64,000 nucleotides of DNA, from NCBI GenBank assembly GCA_036524055.1, contig DATDCZ010000029.1, forward strand, positions 1,042-65,041. The letters are read 5' to 3'. Numbering within the stretch: position 1 is the first letter of the stretch; each line of letters starts with the position of its first letter. Below the pieces are notes generated by a model. The model did no database searches. It was not told where the DNA came from and was given only the letters and a program-made list of their open reading frames with translations. Positions 25,610-36,436 of the stretch are shown piece after piece. Position numbers and translations under genes: made by a program. The DNA is from Anaerolineales bacterium (GTDB taxonomy: Bacteria; Chloroflexota; Anaerolineae; Anaerolineales; Villigracilaceae).

Positions 25610-26500
25610 TCAGGAAAGTCGCGTCGCCCGGGCTTCTCGGTGGAACACCTTTAGCTCGCCGCGAACGTGGAGCAGCAGCACAATGAGGAGCATAACCAGG
25701 GTAGTCCCAATGTTCGCAAGCAGCTGATCGCGCAGCTCAGCGAAGTAGGACATGGACTGGGCGGCGTTGTTTATCGCGATGTGGGCAATCGAAACGACAA
25801 AGATGCTCTGAGTCCGAACATACACATATGCCAGGTAGATGAAGGTGCAAATGGAACCGATCGCCAGGACGACGAAATTCAAGAGCGGTACCGTCTGTGC
25901 CGCCTGCGTTTGCGGCACCACGAGCGCAAGGGGCAAGTGCCAGGCGAACCAGATCAGTCCGCCAATGATCAGGCCAACCCATGGCCGGATCCTGAACAGG
26001 AGCGGGAACATGAATCCGCGATGCCCAAACTCTTCCCCAAAACCCGTTATGAGCCCGGGGAGGATATTGAATACGGTCAATCCACCGATGAAATAGACCA
26101 GTAGCATCGTCTGAGCTGTGAAGCCCGGAGGCAGGGACGCGGTCATGTCCTGGCCCGCCGCGGCAAATTGCCCGGCAAGCCTGGCGAGGAAGACGTTTCC
26201 AGTGAAGTCCCAGTGGACCGCCCCCAAGACCGTGTACGTGCTGCTGAAAAGGACGACGATGCCAAGGGAGAACAGCCAGTACCTGACGTAGTCACCCAAT
26301 CGACCGAAACGCAGCGCGGCATCGCTGAATCGCGGCGGATAGAAAAAGAGCCGCGTGATGAGGGCGGCCAGCGCGGGTGTGAGCATGTACACCTGGGCAA
26401 GGTAAGCGCCGTTCTTGCCAAGCTCCAGTGCTCCGACTATCACTGCAGTGCACAGAAAGGTCAGAATTGCGAAGTAGATGGCCAAGGAACGAGAATGCAT
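25610..26500 (-). CDS. CPBP-family (CAAX-type) intramembrane metalloprotease
   Basis: GFGEEFGHRGF (EExxxR motif) and a later SIAHIAINN (FxxxH-type) motif in a polytopic protein. ATG 26500 has GAGG upstream. Confidence 0.8.
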   Translation of the reverse strand: MHSRSLAIYFAILTFLCTAVIVGALELGKNGAYLAQVYMLTPALAALITRLFFYPPRFSDAALRFGRLGDYVRYWLFSLGIVVLFSSTYTVLGAVHWDFTGNVFLARLAGQFAAAGQDMTASLPPGFTAQTMLLVYFIGGLTVFNILPGLITGFGEEFGHRGFMFPLLFRIRPWVGLIIGGLIWFAWHLPLALVVPQTQAAQTVPLLNFVVLAIGSICTFIYLAYVYVRTQSIFVVSIAHIAINNAAQSMSYFAELRDQLLANIGTTLVMLLIVLLLHVRGELKVFHREARATRLS

Positions 26501-26929
26501 GGGTGCCTCAAGGTCTTGACGTGTGGAAGTCCCTACACTCATGGAATGGGAGTCGCGCCCGGCGGCCGCCCGCTGGTATGCAGGGCGAATTGGCAGGACG
26601 GTCCGGCATATCGCGCAGGGCGCCGCCCGTGACACGAAGTTCCGTGCCACAGATTCTCCATTCTAGTCCTAATGCGAGCCCCCAAGCCAGGCGACACGCC
26701 TAGTGGCAATTGCTCCGTTGGTTCGGGGGAGCGGCCAATCCAGTGTGCCGTCCGGCTGCCTCTTTTGGCGTGAGAGGGTTCGCCCCAGCGCAAGGTCCAT
26801 GACGCCCACCGTATCCCCTGCAACGCTGGCGACGTATACTGTAGAAGGCTGGCTGAGGCACCTTTGATCAGTTCTAGATCAAAGAGCGCCGGAGCAGTCG
26901 AGTGGGGCTTCACCAGAAGGGAGGGTCAC

Positions 26930-27922
26930 ATGCAAAGCAAGGAGCGGCTCCCAGGCGCAACGCGGCGCGGCAGAATGAATCGTCCGCCTGCGGTTGGGGT
27001 AGCGGCCGGGGTGCTGCTTATTCTGGCATTTGCCTACTTGGGCATCGGCGGGATCGCAGCCAGCCGGCTTACATTACCCCAAAGGGTCTTTGATCCGGAA
27101 AGGAATCCTGGGGCATACGATCTCGAGTTCGAGGAGCTGCGCATCCCGGCACGAACCGACAAGTTGGAGATCGCAGCGTGGCACATCCCATCGCTGGCGA
27201 ATTCGCGAGTCATCGTCCTGGTCCACGGCAGGGATAACAGCCGCTCAAGTGGCTTTGTCGACCAGTTCGTGCCATTCGCCTCGGCCCTGCACGACGCGGG
27301 TTTCTCGGTTTTCATGATCGACCTTCGAGGCCACGGGCAAAGTGCGGACTCGCGTTACACATTCGGAATCAGAGAACGCCGGGATATTCTGGGCGCGGTG
27401 GATTGGCTGGAGACGCACGGCTACGGTCTGGGAAGTATCGGGGTCCTGGGATACTCATTAGGAGCAGCATCTGTCATAGGGGCCGCTTCCGAGGAAACCG
27501 ACGTAGGCGCCATATGGATCGATAGCGCCTACGCGGACATGCGCTCCGTGATTGAGGGAAGTTGGACCCAAGAGAGCGGCCTGCCCCTGGTGTTTCTGTC
27601 CTCAACCGAATTGATGACGCGGTTGCTGTACGGGTATGATCTCGCAGCCTCACGGCCCGTGGACGAAATCGCCGGGATCGCCCCAAGGCCCATCTATATG
27701 GTGCACTGCAGGGAGGACAGACTGATCCCACTGTCCCATATGGACCGGTTGCTGTCGGTTTCGGCGAATACCCAGACATGGGTAATCCCGAACTGCGATC
27801 AGCACGCGCTGGATCACGACATCGTTCCCGAAAGATACAACAACCATGCCATCGGATATAGCCTTAATTCGGACGAGTATACCGGACGGGTGATTGCCTT
27901 CTTCGATGCGGTCCTGAGGTGA
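26930..27922 (+). CDS. Alpha/beta hydrolase with N-terminal membrane anchor
   Basis: VLVHGRDNS oxyanion region and GYSLGA nucleophile elbow; hydrophobic anchor VAAGVLLILAFAYLGIGG. ATG 26930 has GGAGG upstream. Confidence 0.8.
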   Translation: MQSKERLPGATRRGRMNRPPAVGVAAGVLLILAFAYLGIGGIAASRLTLPQRVFDPERNPGAYDLEFEELRIPARTDKLEIAAWHIPSLANSRVIVLVHGRDNSRSSGFVDQFVPFASALHDAGFSVFMIDLRGHGQSADSRYTFGIRERRDILGAVDWLETHGYGLGSIGVLGYSLGAASVIGAASEETDVGAIWIDSAYADMRSVIEGSWTQESGLPLVFLSSTELMTRLLYGYDLAASRPVDEIAGIAPRPIYMVHCREDRLIPLSHMDRLLSVSANTQTWVIPNCDQHALDHDIVPERYNNHAIGYSLNSDEYTGRVIAFFDAVLR

Positions 27923-27950
27923 TCGAGGGCTTCCGAATATGGGGACGGGA

Positions 27951-27979
27951 CCGGCACCGCCGGAGATCGGTGGTGCCGG
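27951..27979 (+). terminator. GC-rich hairpin after the hydrolase gene (weak terminator candidate, no T-run)
   Basis: CCGGCACCGCCG-GAGAT-CGGTGGTGCCGG. Confidence 0.35.
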
Positions 27980-28489
27980 CCAACAAGGAGGCTCCACCGG
28001 CCAATTCCTATGGGCCATCGCGATTCCATCGCGACTTTCATTGGAATCCACGGAAAGGGTTGCCTGGCGGTCGCAAGGGCACTGACGAAGGGAAAATCGA
28101 GCATTGCCAGCATGCGCCGAACGGCACACTCGGTTGCGCACCATCAATCGCAACCGAAACCACGTATTCCTCGAACCTGGTCAGCCAGCTTGAGAGAGAC
28201 GGCGGTCAAGGGTCACAGCGAACATGCCCAAAAGAGGATGAAGGTCGCAAGCAGGCTCCGGCGGTAAGCGCTTCAACTCCGGAAAACCAATTTCCCACGG
28301 AGCACCGGCGGACTCTGGAATTGAATATGCATTACCCGCTCCTGCTTATCGGAGAGGACCACGTATTGACGGGAGTCGAGCATGAAGCTAAACTGCGACT
28401 CTCGGTGAACGTGGCCCGCGAAGTGTGGGGCGCGCACCAGCCCCGGGGAGAGACTCCGGGGAACCATCTCAGAGTGTGGGAGAGCTGCC

Positions 28490-29428
28490 ATGAGGCTGGT
28501 CACATTTGAGTCCGGCAGTGAATCGCATGCGGGTATTGCCATTGGTGAAAGTGTGGTGGACGCCACAGTGGCCGCGAGGGCGGCGAGCATCCGTGTGGGG
28601 CGCAATTCTGTTGGCAATCGAACGATACTTGGGTGGACAAGGGCGGACCAGGAGCACCTTGGGGCCGTGGCCGCTGAACTCGCTGAAGGTGTCACTAAGA
28701 AACGAGAGGGCATCTATGCGGCGGCGGACGTAAATCTTGGCCCGCCGATCCCGGACCCGGACAAGATCATCTGTCTGGGCCTCAACTATCGCACTCACGC
28801 CGAAGAGGCTGGCCTTGAACTGCCAAAAGTACCGTTGCTATTTGCCAAGTTCCGCAATACTCTCACCGGCCCCACCGGTCCGATCATGCTTCCAGCTCTG
28901 AGCGCCCAGATAGACTATGAGGGCGAACTTGCCCTCGTAGTTGGCCGACGATGTAAGACCGTCACCGTTGAATCTGCCCTAGAGTTCGTAGCGGGCTACA
29001 TGGTCATGAACGACGTAAGTGCGCGGGATATCCAGATGCGCACCAGCCAGTGGCTTTCCGGAAAGACCATGGACACCTTTGCGCCTTGCGGCCCCGCACT
29101 TGTGGTCAATGAGATCCGTGATCCGCAGGACCTAAGAATTGCTACCCGCGTCAACGGGAATACCCTGCAGCAAAGCAACACGAAGGACATGATCTTCTCA
29201 GTCGCCGAGATCGTGGCGTACGTCAGCCAGCTCATGACCCTTGAGCCCGGCGACATCATATCTACAGGCACCCCTGATGGCGTGGGCTATAAGCGGAATC
29301 CACCGGTGTTCCTGCGAGATGGTGACATGGTCGAAGTCGAAATCGAAAGGATCGGACTGCTGCGAAATCCCGTCTTCGGGCCACGCGGTGCAAAATCCAG
29401 GTCCAAAGAGCGAGCGCGCAAGACATAA
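28490..29428 (+). CDS. Fumarylacetoacetate hydrolase (FAH) family protein
   Basis: IICLGLNYRTHAEE, DYEGELALVVG and GDIISTGTPDGVG are hallmark FAH-domain motifs. Confidence 0.85.
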   Translation: MRLVTFESGSESHAGIAIGESVVDATVAARAASIRVGRNSVGNRTILGWTRADQEHLGAVAAELAEGVTKKREGIYAAADVNLGPPIPDPDKIICLGLNYRTHAEEAGLELPKVPLLFAKFRNTLTGPTGPIMLPALSAQIDYEGELALVVGRRCKTVTVESALEFVAGYMVMNDVSARDIQMRTSQWLSGKTMDTFAPCGPALVVNEIRDPQDLRIATRVNGNTLQQSNTKDMIFSVAEIVAYVSQLMTLEPGDIISTGTPDGVGYKRNPPVFLRDGDMVEVEIERIGLLRNPVFGPRGAKSRSKERARKT

Positions 29429-29716
29429 GCCATCAAACGAAGTGAGGCTGCCACGTGCCGGGAATGGTGGATTGTCCAGTGGCGATTTCTGTTCCCGTCC
29501 GAAGCACGTAGCTGCATCACTACCAAGAATCGCGCCGGCCCGCACCGCGGGCCGCTCGAGATGCCTTAAGCCCAGGCGATTTGTGCCATTCCCGGAAGCA
29601 GCGAATTGTGGCCAAGAAGCTATCGGGACCGTGCCGCCGATCAACCACCACCATAACCTCGGCGGCGCGCCACATAGCTCCCGACGAACGGGCGCGACGC
29701 CCCGGCACAGAAAGCG

Positions 29717-29750
29717 AAAGCGGCCTGCCGAGATATCGGCAGGCCGCTTT
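29717..29750. terminator. Bidirectional terminator hairpin between convergent FAH and DUF35 genes
   Basis: AAAGCGGCCTGCCG-AGATAT-CGGCAGGCCGCTTT with A/T-run flanks. Confidence 0.7.
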
Positions 29751-29768
29751 GTGGTTAGTGGTTGGTGG

Positions 29769-30176
29769 CTAGTGGACTCGCGTGAGGCGAGGCCGGAACT
29801 TGTAGCCGTAGACGATCACGCCTCGCTCATCACCGTCGTCGCGCATTCGACGGGTCACCATTTCGACGGCCATGCCAATCTGCACTGGTTTCTCATCCAA
29901 GTCGGTCAATTGGGCGGTGACCATGGGTCCTTCATCGAGCTTCACCAGGGCGACCGTATAGGGCGCATTCGCATCGTACCCGCTCGGCGCCTCATAGATG
30001 GTTGTGTACGAGAACACCTCGCCCTTGCCGCTGAAGGCAAACGGCTGACGCGCCTCGTTGCCACAATTGGGGCAGATGTCCCGCGGGGGAAAGATCTTGT
30101 GGTCGCAGTGGTGGCAGACTTCGCCCACGAGCGAGTACCTCTGCCGTTTTAGTCGCCAGTGCCGGGCAATTTCCAT
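29769..30176 (-). CDS. DUF35 Zn-ribbon/OB-fold protein (scaffold of the archaeal-type thiolase-HMGCS complex)
   Basis: CHHCDHKIFPPRDICPNCG zinc ribbon followed by an OB-fold-like C-terminus; 135 aa. Confidence 0.8.
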   Translation of the reverse strand: MEIARHWRLKRQRYSLVGEVCHHCDHKIFPPRDICPNCGNEARQPFAFSGKGEVFSYTTIYEAPSGYDANAPYTVALVKLDEGPMVTAQLTDLDEKPVQIGMAVEMVTRRMRDDGDERGVIVYGYKFRPRLTRVH

Positions 30177-30498
30177 GTATGCATCCTCTCTGCGAAGCTA
30201 ATTCTATGCTGACCCGCTATCAGGAACTCTCAGCCCCGTTTCCAATACTCGGCTTCGTGTAGCCTGAGTTTCTCATGAGCCGCCGTGCTGAACACTTTTC
30301 CGTCGCGGAGATCAGCGTCGATTTAACGGCATCGACCGCTGGGACGCGCGTTGGGCGCCGTGTATAATGCCGCCGACGGCTGCCATGACTCAGACCGCGT
30401 CGATTGGGTGGGCAAGGCTTCTCAAGCTCGGGCACCTGAGAAATGAATGGCTCTCGGCAAGGCAGTTGCGTTCTGAGAATCCACTTTCCGAGGGGGAA

Positions 30499-31659
30499 TC
30501 AGGATTCTGCTACAAGGACATGTGAGATGGCAGTGGAGGCTGGGCCGCCGACCGATTGAATAAGGCCGCAGGCCGCGTCGGGAATCTGATTCTTCCCGGC
30601 GCGCCTCTGCAGCTGCATGGTGGCCTCCACGGCCTGGTACACGCCTGTGGCGCCACCGGGGAAGCCTCTGGCCTTAAGGCCGCCCATGGTCGCCGTGGGG
30701 ATGCGTCCGCTCAGGGCAATGCCGCCGTCCGCGGCCAGCTTCCAGCCAAGCCCTCTGGTGGAAAACCCTACCGACTCAAGAGCGAGTGCAGCATAGATGC
30801 TGTAGGCATCATGCAACTCAAGGAAGTTGACATCATCCAGCGACTTGTCGGCTTGCCTGAGCGCCTTCTCCGCAGATACGCGGCAGGCTTTAAACTGAAG
30901 GATATCGGGACGATCATGCAGCGACAAGGCATCGACCGTTGAGGCTGATCCCGCAATACGCACGACCGTCCTTGACGCTGCTGATGACAACACTCGCTCG
31001 CTGGTAAGCACGACGGCTGCTGCACCATCTGCATTCGGTGCGATATCAAACTGGCGGAGGGGCTCGTTGACGATGGGAGCACTGCTGTACGCTTCCACCT
31101 TGATGGCCCTGCGAAACATCGCGTTCGGGTTGCCTTCGCCGTTGGCGTGTGCGGTGAGCGCAAAGGGAGCCAGTCCGTCGGGCGGTACGTCGTACTCGTA
31201 CAAGTACCTCTGCATCAGCATCGCAGCTTGAGCCGTCTGGGTAAGTCCCTGCACAGCCTCGAAGTCGCTGTCGGAGCCCGTTGCCACCGCCGCCTCCACA
31301 TTTGCGCCGACGCGGTCGGTAAACTTTTCCACGCCCACGACCAGAGCCACGTCGACCAGCCCGCTGGCCACCGCCAGATAACCCTGGCGGAGGGCTGCCC
31401 CGCCTGAGGCACCGGCTGCTTCCAGCGTGACAGCCTCAATGCCCGCAAGGTTGGCGTAGTCCGCAAGCAGTACTCCCAAGTGTGCCTGGTTTGAAAGATT
31501 CGGCGCCAGCATGTTTCCGACGAAGAGTGCCTGCGGGAGCAGACCACCCGAATCGTGCAAGGCCGCCCGAATTGCATCCAGCGCCAGTTCGCGCAGCGAA
31601 ATCTCCCAATGCTCACCGACCGGGGTCTGCCCGATGCCGGCGACGACTACGGCTGTCAT
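30499..31659 (-). CDS. Thiolase (archaeal-type acetoacetyl-CoA thiolase)
   Basis: 386-aa thiolase-fold protein (LELHDAYS, GGPAST near the C-terminus), adjacent to the HMG-CoA synthase gene. Confidence 0.8.
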   Translation of the reverse strand: MTAVVVAGIGQTPVGEHWEISLRELALDAIRAALHDSGGLLPQALFVGNMLAPNLSNQAHLGVLLADYANLAGIEAVTLEAAGASGGAALRQGYLAVASGLVDVALVVGVEKFTDRVGANVEAAVATGSDSDFEAVQGLTQTAQAAMLMQRYLYEYDVPPDGLAPFALTAHANGEGNPNAMFRRAIKVEAYSSAPIVNEPLRQFDIAPNADGAAAVVLTSERVLSSAASRTVVRIAGSASTVDALSLHDRPDILQFKACRVSAEKALRQADKSLDDVNFLELHDAYSIYAALALESVGFSTRGLGWKLAADGGIALSGRIPTATMGGLKARGFPGGATGVYQAVEATMQLQRRAGKNQIPDAACGLIQSVGGPASTAISHVLVAES

Positions 31660-31712
31660 ATGATGATTCCCTGCGACTTCAAGGTTGATGAGAAGGCAAG
31701 TTGTGCGTGCAA

Positions 31713-32795
31713 TTACCGCATCGCAAGCTTGCCGCGATACCGTACGTACGTGGCGTAGTCGATTTCGGTCCGTCGGGTTATGTAGTCGGTCGTTCGCGGG
31801 GCCAGATCGCGACGCGCCGGGAGCTCGTCGGTGACCACTATGTCAAAGGCATCCGATCCCGCACCGGAGCCAAAGGATACCATCAAGATACGGTCGCCCG
31901 GTGCCGCTATGTCCAGTGTGGCGGTCAGGCCGATGAGCGCGGCGCCGGCGTATGTATTGCCGATCACCGGAACCAGGAGCCCTGGTTCAATCTGTTCCTT
32001 GGAAAAGCCCAACTGAGCCGCGACTCTCTGTGGGAACTTGGTGTTGGGCTGGTGGAAGATCGCCCAACGATAATCCTGCGCAGCTGTCCCCGAGGCCTGC
32101 ATAAGGCGATGAGCCGCTTCAGAGATGTGCTTGAAGTACGCCGGTTCACCCGTAAAGCGCATCCCGTGCTCCGGGTATTTGGCCTCTGGCCGCCGCCAGA
32201 AATCCGGCGTGTCGGTAACGTATGAATACGACGCATTGATCACCGCCACCGACTCCTCGGCCGGGCCGAGAACGTAGGCAGCGCCCCCTGCCCCGGCCGT
32301 ATACTCGAGGGCGTCACCCGGCTTCCCTTGCGCCGTGTCCATTCCCAATGCCATGGCGTAGTGGGCCATGCCGGAGCCAACCAAACCCATGGCCGCGACG
32401 AGGGCCTCAGTGCCTGCCTTGCAGGCAAATTCCCAATCGGCTGCCTGCGTGTGTGGAACGGCACCAATGGCCTCGGCCACGATTGTTGATGTGGGCTTGA
32501 CAGCATAGGGATGGGATTCAGACCCGACCCACACTGCACGAAGCTCCTGGGGATCGATTCGCGCTCGCGCCATGGCATTGCGCGCAGCCTCGATCGACAT
32601 CGTCGCAACGTCCTCGTCGAGGCCGGGTACCGCCTTTTCCTTGATCGGGAGCCCACCTTTGCCGCCCATCCAGATCCGGGCAACTTCCCGGGCGGGAAGT
32701 CGGTATCGGGGTACGTAAGCGCCATAGCCGATGATCCCTACTTCCTTTGAAGGTCTAAGGAGTGATCCCTCAGATTCCGTTTGTGACGTAAGCAT
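31713..32795 (-). CDS. Hydroxymethylglutaryl-CoA synthase (archaeal-type)
   Basis: [12 protein letters not shown]-terminus, active-site region [16 protein letters not shown]; 360 aa. Confidence 0.85.
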   Translation of the reverse strand: MLTSQTESEGSLLRPSKEVGIIGYGAYVPRYRLPAREVARIWMGGKGGLPIKEKAVPGLDEDVATMSIEAARNAMARARIDPQELRAVWVGSESHPYAVKPTSTIVAEAIGAVPHTQAADWEFACKAGTEALVAAMGLVGSGMAHYAMALGMDTAQGKPGDALEYTAGAGGAAYVLGPAEESVAVINASYSYVTDTPDFWRRPEAKYPEHGMRFTGEPAYFKHISEAAHRLMQASGTAAQDYRWAIFHQPNTKFPQRVAAQLGFSKEQIEPGLLVPVIGNTYAGAALIGLTATLDIAAPGDRILMVSFGSGAGSDAFDIVVTDELPARRDLAPRTTDYITRRTEIDYATYVRYRGKLAMR

Positions 32796-32821
32796 AGTGT
32801 ACCTACCGTTGCTGGTTCGAA

Positions 32822-34120
32822 TCAGGCATTCGGCTGCGTGTCCGTCAGCTCTCGCAGAATCTGTTGAGCACGGTCGATTCTGACTACTTGTTCGGCCACC
32901 AATCTCTCCGCCACGGCATCGATTGCCGCGCCGGCGGCGCCGGCCGCAATGGCCACTTGGCGCGCGTGGAGTGACATGTGCCCTCGCTGGATACCTTCTG
33001 TCGCGAGGGCTCGGAGGGCGGCCATGTTTTGGGCAAGCCCAACGCTGACAATGATCTCAGCCAGATCGGCAGCGGTATGGACTCCCATGAGTCTTAGGGC
33101 TGCCTGCGCCGATGGATGCACTCTTGTGGCGCCGCCAACGATGCCTACGGCCATGGGCATCTCGAGCTCGCCGATAAGATTCCCTGTGGCATCCGCACTC
33201 CAGGTTGACAAGGAGGTGTAACGGCCGCTGCGCGCTGCGTAAGCGTGCGCGCCTGCCTCTATAGCGCGCCAGTCGTTGCCGGTGCAAATTACCACAGCAT
33301 CGACCCCGTTCATTATGCCTTTGTTGTGGGTGGCGGCGCGGTAAGGATCCGCGGCCGCGAAGGCCCATGCTTCGACGATCCCATCTCGCACCTGCTCGCC
33401 CGAATAACCACCGAACGCCAGCTCTGTGACCGGAATGAGGCACCTGGCTTGAGCCAGACGCCGATCCGCAAGATTCGAGAGGATACGTAAGTGAACGCGA
33501 CCGCCGGTCAGGGATTCGATTCGTGGGGCAAGCCTTTCGCAGGCAGTATTCACGGCGTTGGCGCCCATGGCATCGCGAACATCATAGATGAGATGAACCA
33601 CAACAAAGGCACCGATAGCTGTATCCTGAAGTATGCGGACCTGTAAGTCGCGTGCACCCCCGCCCACTTTCCTAAGCACCGGATCGATCTCATCGGCTTC
33701 GGCAAGCAGCGCGGCCTGGTGCTCAACAATGGCAGCGCGTGCCTGCTCAACGTTGCGCAGACCCAAGACTTGTATTTGCCCGATCATTTCGGGAGCCGAA
33801 CTGGATGCCTGAAAACCCCCTCCCGCTCGCGCGAGTTTGGCCATGAATGACGCTCCGGCAACGACCGACGGCTCTTCGATCGCCATCGGAACGAGGACAT
33901 CCTGACCATTTATCTGGAAGTTGAGTGCGATTCCAAGCGGAAGGGCAAATGTCCCGATCACGTTCTCAATCATGTGATCGGCGGCATCGAGTGATAAAGC
34001 ACCCGGAGAGCCCAAGTCGTCGATGTCCGAGGAGGACGGGATACTCTGCGCGAGCTCCCGACGCCTCTCCTGGAGGCTCAGTCTGTAGAATCCGGTCAAT
34101 CTTGAGGTCCTGTTGGCCAT
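32822..34120 (-). CDS. mvaA: Hydroxymethylglutaryl-CoA reductase, class II
   Basis: [24 protein letters not shown] and [10 protein letters not shown] motifs; 432 aa with no membrane domain. Confidence 0.9.
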   Translation of the reverse strand: MANRTSRLTGFYRLSLQERRRELAQSIPSSSDIDDLGSPGALSLDAADHMIENVIGTFALPLGIALNFQINGQDVLVPMAIEEPSVVAGASFMAKLARAGGGFQASSSAPEMIGQIQVLGLRNVEQARAAIVEHQAALLAEADEIDPVLRKVGGGARDLQVRILQDTAIGAFVVVHLIYDVRDAMGANAVNTACERLAPRIESLTGGRVHLRILSNLADRRLAQARCLIPVTELAFGGYSGEQVRDGIVEAWAFAAADPYRAATHNKGIMNGVDAVVICTGNDWRAIEAGAHAYAARSGRYTSLSTWSADATGNLIGELEMPMAVGIVGGATRVHPSAQAALRLMGVHTAADLAEIIVSVGLAQNMAALRALATEGIQRGHMSLHARQVAIAAGAAGAAIDAVAERLVAEQVVRIDRAQQILRELTDTQPNA

Positions 34121-34210
34121 TTGTGGATCAGCTTCGGATTGTATCGCGAGCGTCCGCCAAAATCTATCAACCTTTGTACGATATAATCAATAAGAGGTGT
34201 CTTTGCGATC

Positions 34211-35887
34211 ATGCTCCTGACCCGAGAGCAGCTTCAGGAAAGGCTTATTGCCCTGCATCAGGCCAGTCTTGAACTGGTGCAGGAAGTATCGGTAGAGCAT
34301 CTCTTGGAGCGAATAGCCACAACCGCCTGCGAACAGGTGGGGGCGCGCTACGCCGCACTTGGCGTATTGGATGGGGCAGGGGGACTGGCCCAGTTCATCA
34401 CCGTAGGTCTGACAGACGACGCCATTAAGCGCATTGGACACACTCCAATCGGCAGGGGGCTAATTGGGGAACTCATGGATTCAAGGACCCCGATACGGGT
34501 TCCCGTAATCCTGGAGCACCCGCATTCGGTCGGGTTCCCAAAACATCATCCCGTCATGGTTTCGTTCCTCGGCGTCCCCATTCGGACGGGCGATCGCCAA
34601 TTAGGCCAAATCTATCTTACCGACAAGATCGGCGAAGCAGAGTTCACGGCGGATGATGAGCGCATCATTCAGATGTTGGCGGGTTATGCGGCCGCGGCAA
34701 TCCAGAATGCAAGGCTGCTGGAGCAAATGCAAGCTCGCGACGCCGCCCTTACCCGGCGGAACGAAGACCTTGCCCTGCTGAACGACATTGCGGGTGTGCT
34801 GACCGCCTCCCTCGAGTCTGAAGAGGTGCTGAACAAAACACTGGCCATTGTCATGAACTACATGAAGGTGGAGGCCGGCGCGATCTTTCTACTTGAGGCC
34901 GACAACCAGGTCCTGCGGATGGTGTTACATCGGGGTCAGGCCGCGGAGGCGTTCTGGACCCGAAATACGTTCCGCATCACGGATGGCTTGCTAGGTGAGG
35001 TGGCTCGCACGGGACGCACGCGCGTCAACGCGAACCCTATGCCTGAAGGGCCTTCTTTGCTGGCTGCAGTGTCAAAGGCGGGCTTCCGCCAGGTGGCCCA
35101 CCTGCCCCTTAAGTCTGGCGACCGCGTCCTGGGTGTCATGAGTGTGGCCTCTCGCAGCGTTGAACCACTAGATGCTCGTGGCTTGCAGCTCCTGGAGGCG
35201 GTGGGCAATTGGGCTGGCCTGGCGCTAGAGAACGCCCATCTGCATCAAAATGCACGCAGGCTGGCAGTCCTTGAGGAACGTGAGCGCATTGGGATGGATC
35301 TCCACGACGGCATTATTCAATCTGTCTATGGGGTGGGATTGGCGCTGGAGCACGTTGGTCTCATCATCGAGGAGGATCCTGCTGCCGCAAGGGCGCAGCT
35401 CAAGGATGCGATCGGTGGTCTGAACCATGCGATCCGGGATATTCGGGCATATATCCTGGACCTTCGGCCGCGGCAGCTGGGAAACGAGGGGTTGCTTGGA
35501 GGATTGCGCCGCCTTGCGACCGAATATCGAGCAAACACATTCTCTGATATCGAGCTGACTGGTCCCGAGAGCGGCCTGGAAGACATGCCGCAGGTGACGG
35601 CTCTGGCCCTCTTCCACATTTGCCAGGAGGCACTTGGGAACGCCGCCAAGCACGCTGTCGCAAAGCGAGTCGCGGTGCACGTGTGGCTGACCGACGAGAG
35701 AGTCTTGCTGGAAGTTCAGGATGATGGCAAGGGCTTTGCGGTGGAGAAAATGAGCTCGACCATCGGTCACGGCCTTTCCAACATGCAAACGCGCGCGCGT
35801 TCTGTGGGCGGAGATGTAGAAATCACCTCGAATCCGGGCGAAGGTACAACCGTTTTGGCTTGGGTGCCGCGTGTTTCCAAGGCATGA
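34211..35887 (+). CDS. GAF-domain sensor histidine kinase (HisKA_3 / NarL-partner type), no adjacent response regulator
   Basis: Two GAF-like regions, H-box ERIGMDLHDGIIQSVY, N-box EALGNAAKHA, G-boxes DDGKGF and GHGLSNM. Confidence 0.85.
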   Translation: MLLTREQLQERLIALHQASLELVQEVSVEHLLERIATTACEQVGARYAALGVLDGAGGLAQFITVGLTDDAIKRIGHTPIGRGLIGELMDSRTPIRVPVILEHPHSVGFPKHHPVMVSFLGVPIRTGDRQLGQIYLTDKIGEAEFTADDERIIQMLAGYAAAAIQNARLLEQMQARDAALTRRNEDLALLNDIAGVLTASLESEEVLNKTLAIVMNYMKVEAGAIFLLEADNQVLRMVLHRGQAAEAFWTRNTFRITDGLLGEVARTGRTRVNANPMPEGPSLLAAVSKAGFRQVAHLPLKSGDRVLGVMSVASRSVEPLDARGLQLLEAVGNWAGLALENAHLHQNARRLAVLEERERIGMDLHDGIIQSVYGVGLALEHVGLIIEEDPAAARAQLKDAIGGLNHAIRDIRAYILDLRPRQLGNEGLLGGLRRLATEYRANTFSDIELTGPESGLEDMPQVTALALFHICQEALGNAAKHAVAKRVAVHVWLTDERVLLEVQDDGKGFAVEKMSSTIGHGLSNMQTRARSVGGDVEITSNPGEGTTVLAWVPRVSKA

Positions 35888-36436
35888 ATCAGCGCAAGTC
35901 GGCATCCTTTAACGTTCTACCGCGTTTTTGTGTGCGCATCACAAGCAAAATGAAGTGGCGTTCGCATTTTCATTCTTTAAGTCGGTGTTCGTCGTGTAGT
36001 TGACGCGGTTGCTCACGCACCCATATGTGGGGGACAAGCCGCCGTGAACGCCTTAGCTGGCTGATACATACGTTCTACTTTGAAACCCGGTCACACTTCT
36101 CTCCAACAGTTTCCTTTAACATTCTTCAACCTTAATAAAGGCGATGTTTTAAACCATGCGTAGGTGAAAAGTGTTGGTGTCGGCGTGATGTTTCTGCTAG
36201 AATGAACTCGATGTTGAGAGAGTGGGATGTGAATCGCCGCCACATCCGTCATGTTCGAGCCTCATCAGTCTGCTCTGCAACTCCGAAATAGGGGTCCACG
36301 ACCGGTGCGTACACGGCTCGTCCGTACGCGGCCCCGGCGCTTGGGCAGGTGCAGGCGACCCTGGGGCCATACCTAGACTGTATACGACTCGCCGGGCTGG
36401 GCAACACACCGAATATTTTTGAACTGAGGACACACG
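35888..36436. other. Candidate oriC / dnaA upstream region
   Basis: 549-bp gene-free stretch, locally AT-richer (36061-36200), directly upstream of dnaA. Gene orientation switches around it. No clean TTATCCACA boxes found, so this is tentative. Confidence 0.3.

Noticed and set aside
27919-28509. 196-aa plus-strand ORF filling the gap before the FAH gene
   Set aside because: It has no SD and a biased Arg/Gly/Pro/His composition, and it overlaps the starts and stops of both neighbours. Reported only as an unexplained gap.
34122-34130. TGTGGATCA, an 8-of-9 match to the DnaA box TGTGGATAA
   Set aside because: It is a single isolated box 2.3 kb from dnaA, directly abutting the HMG-CoA reductase start codon. 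One such match is expected by chance and it is not evidence for an origin.
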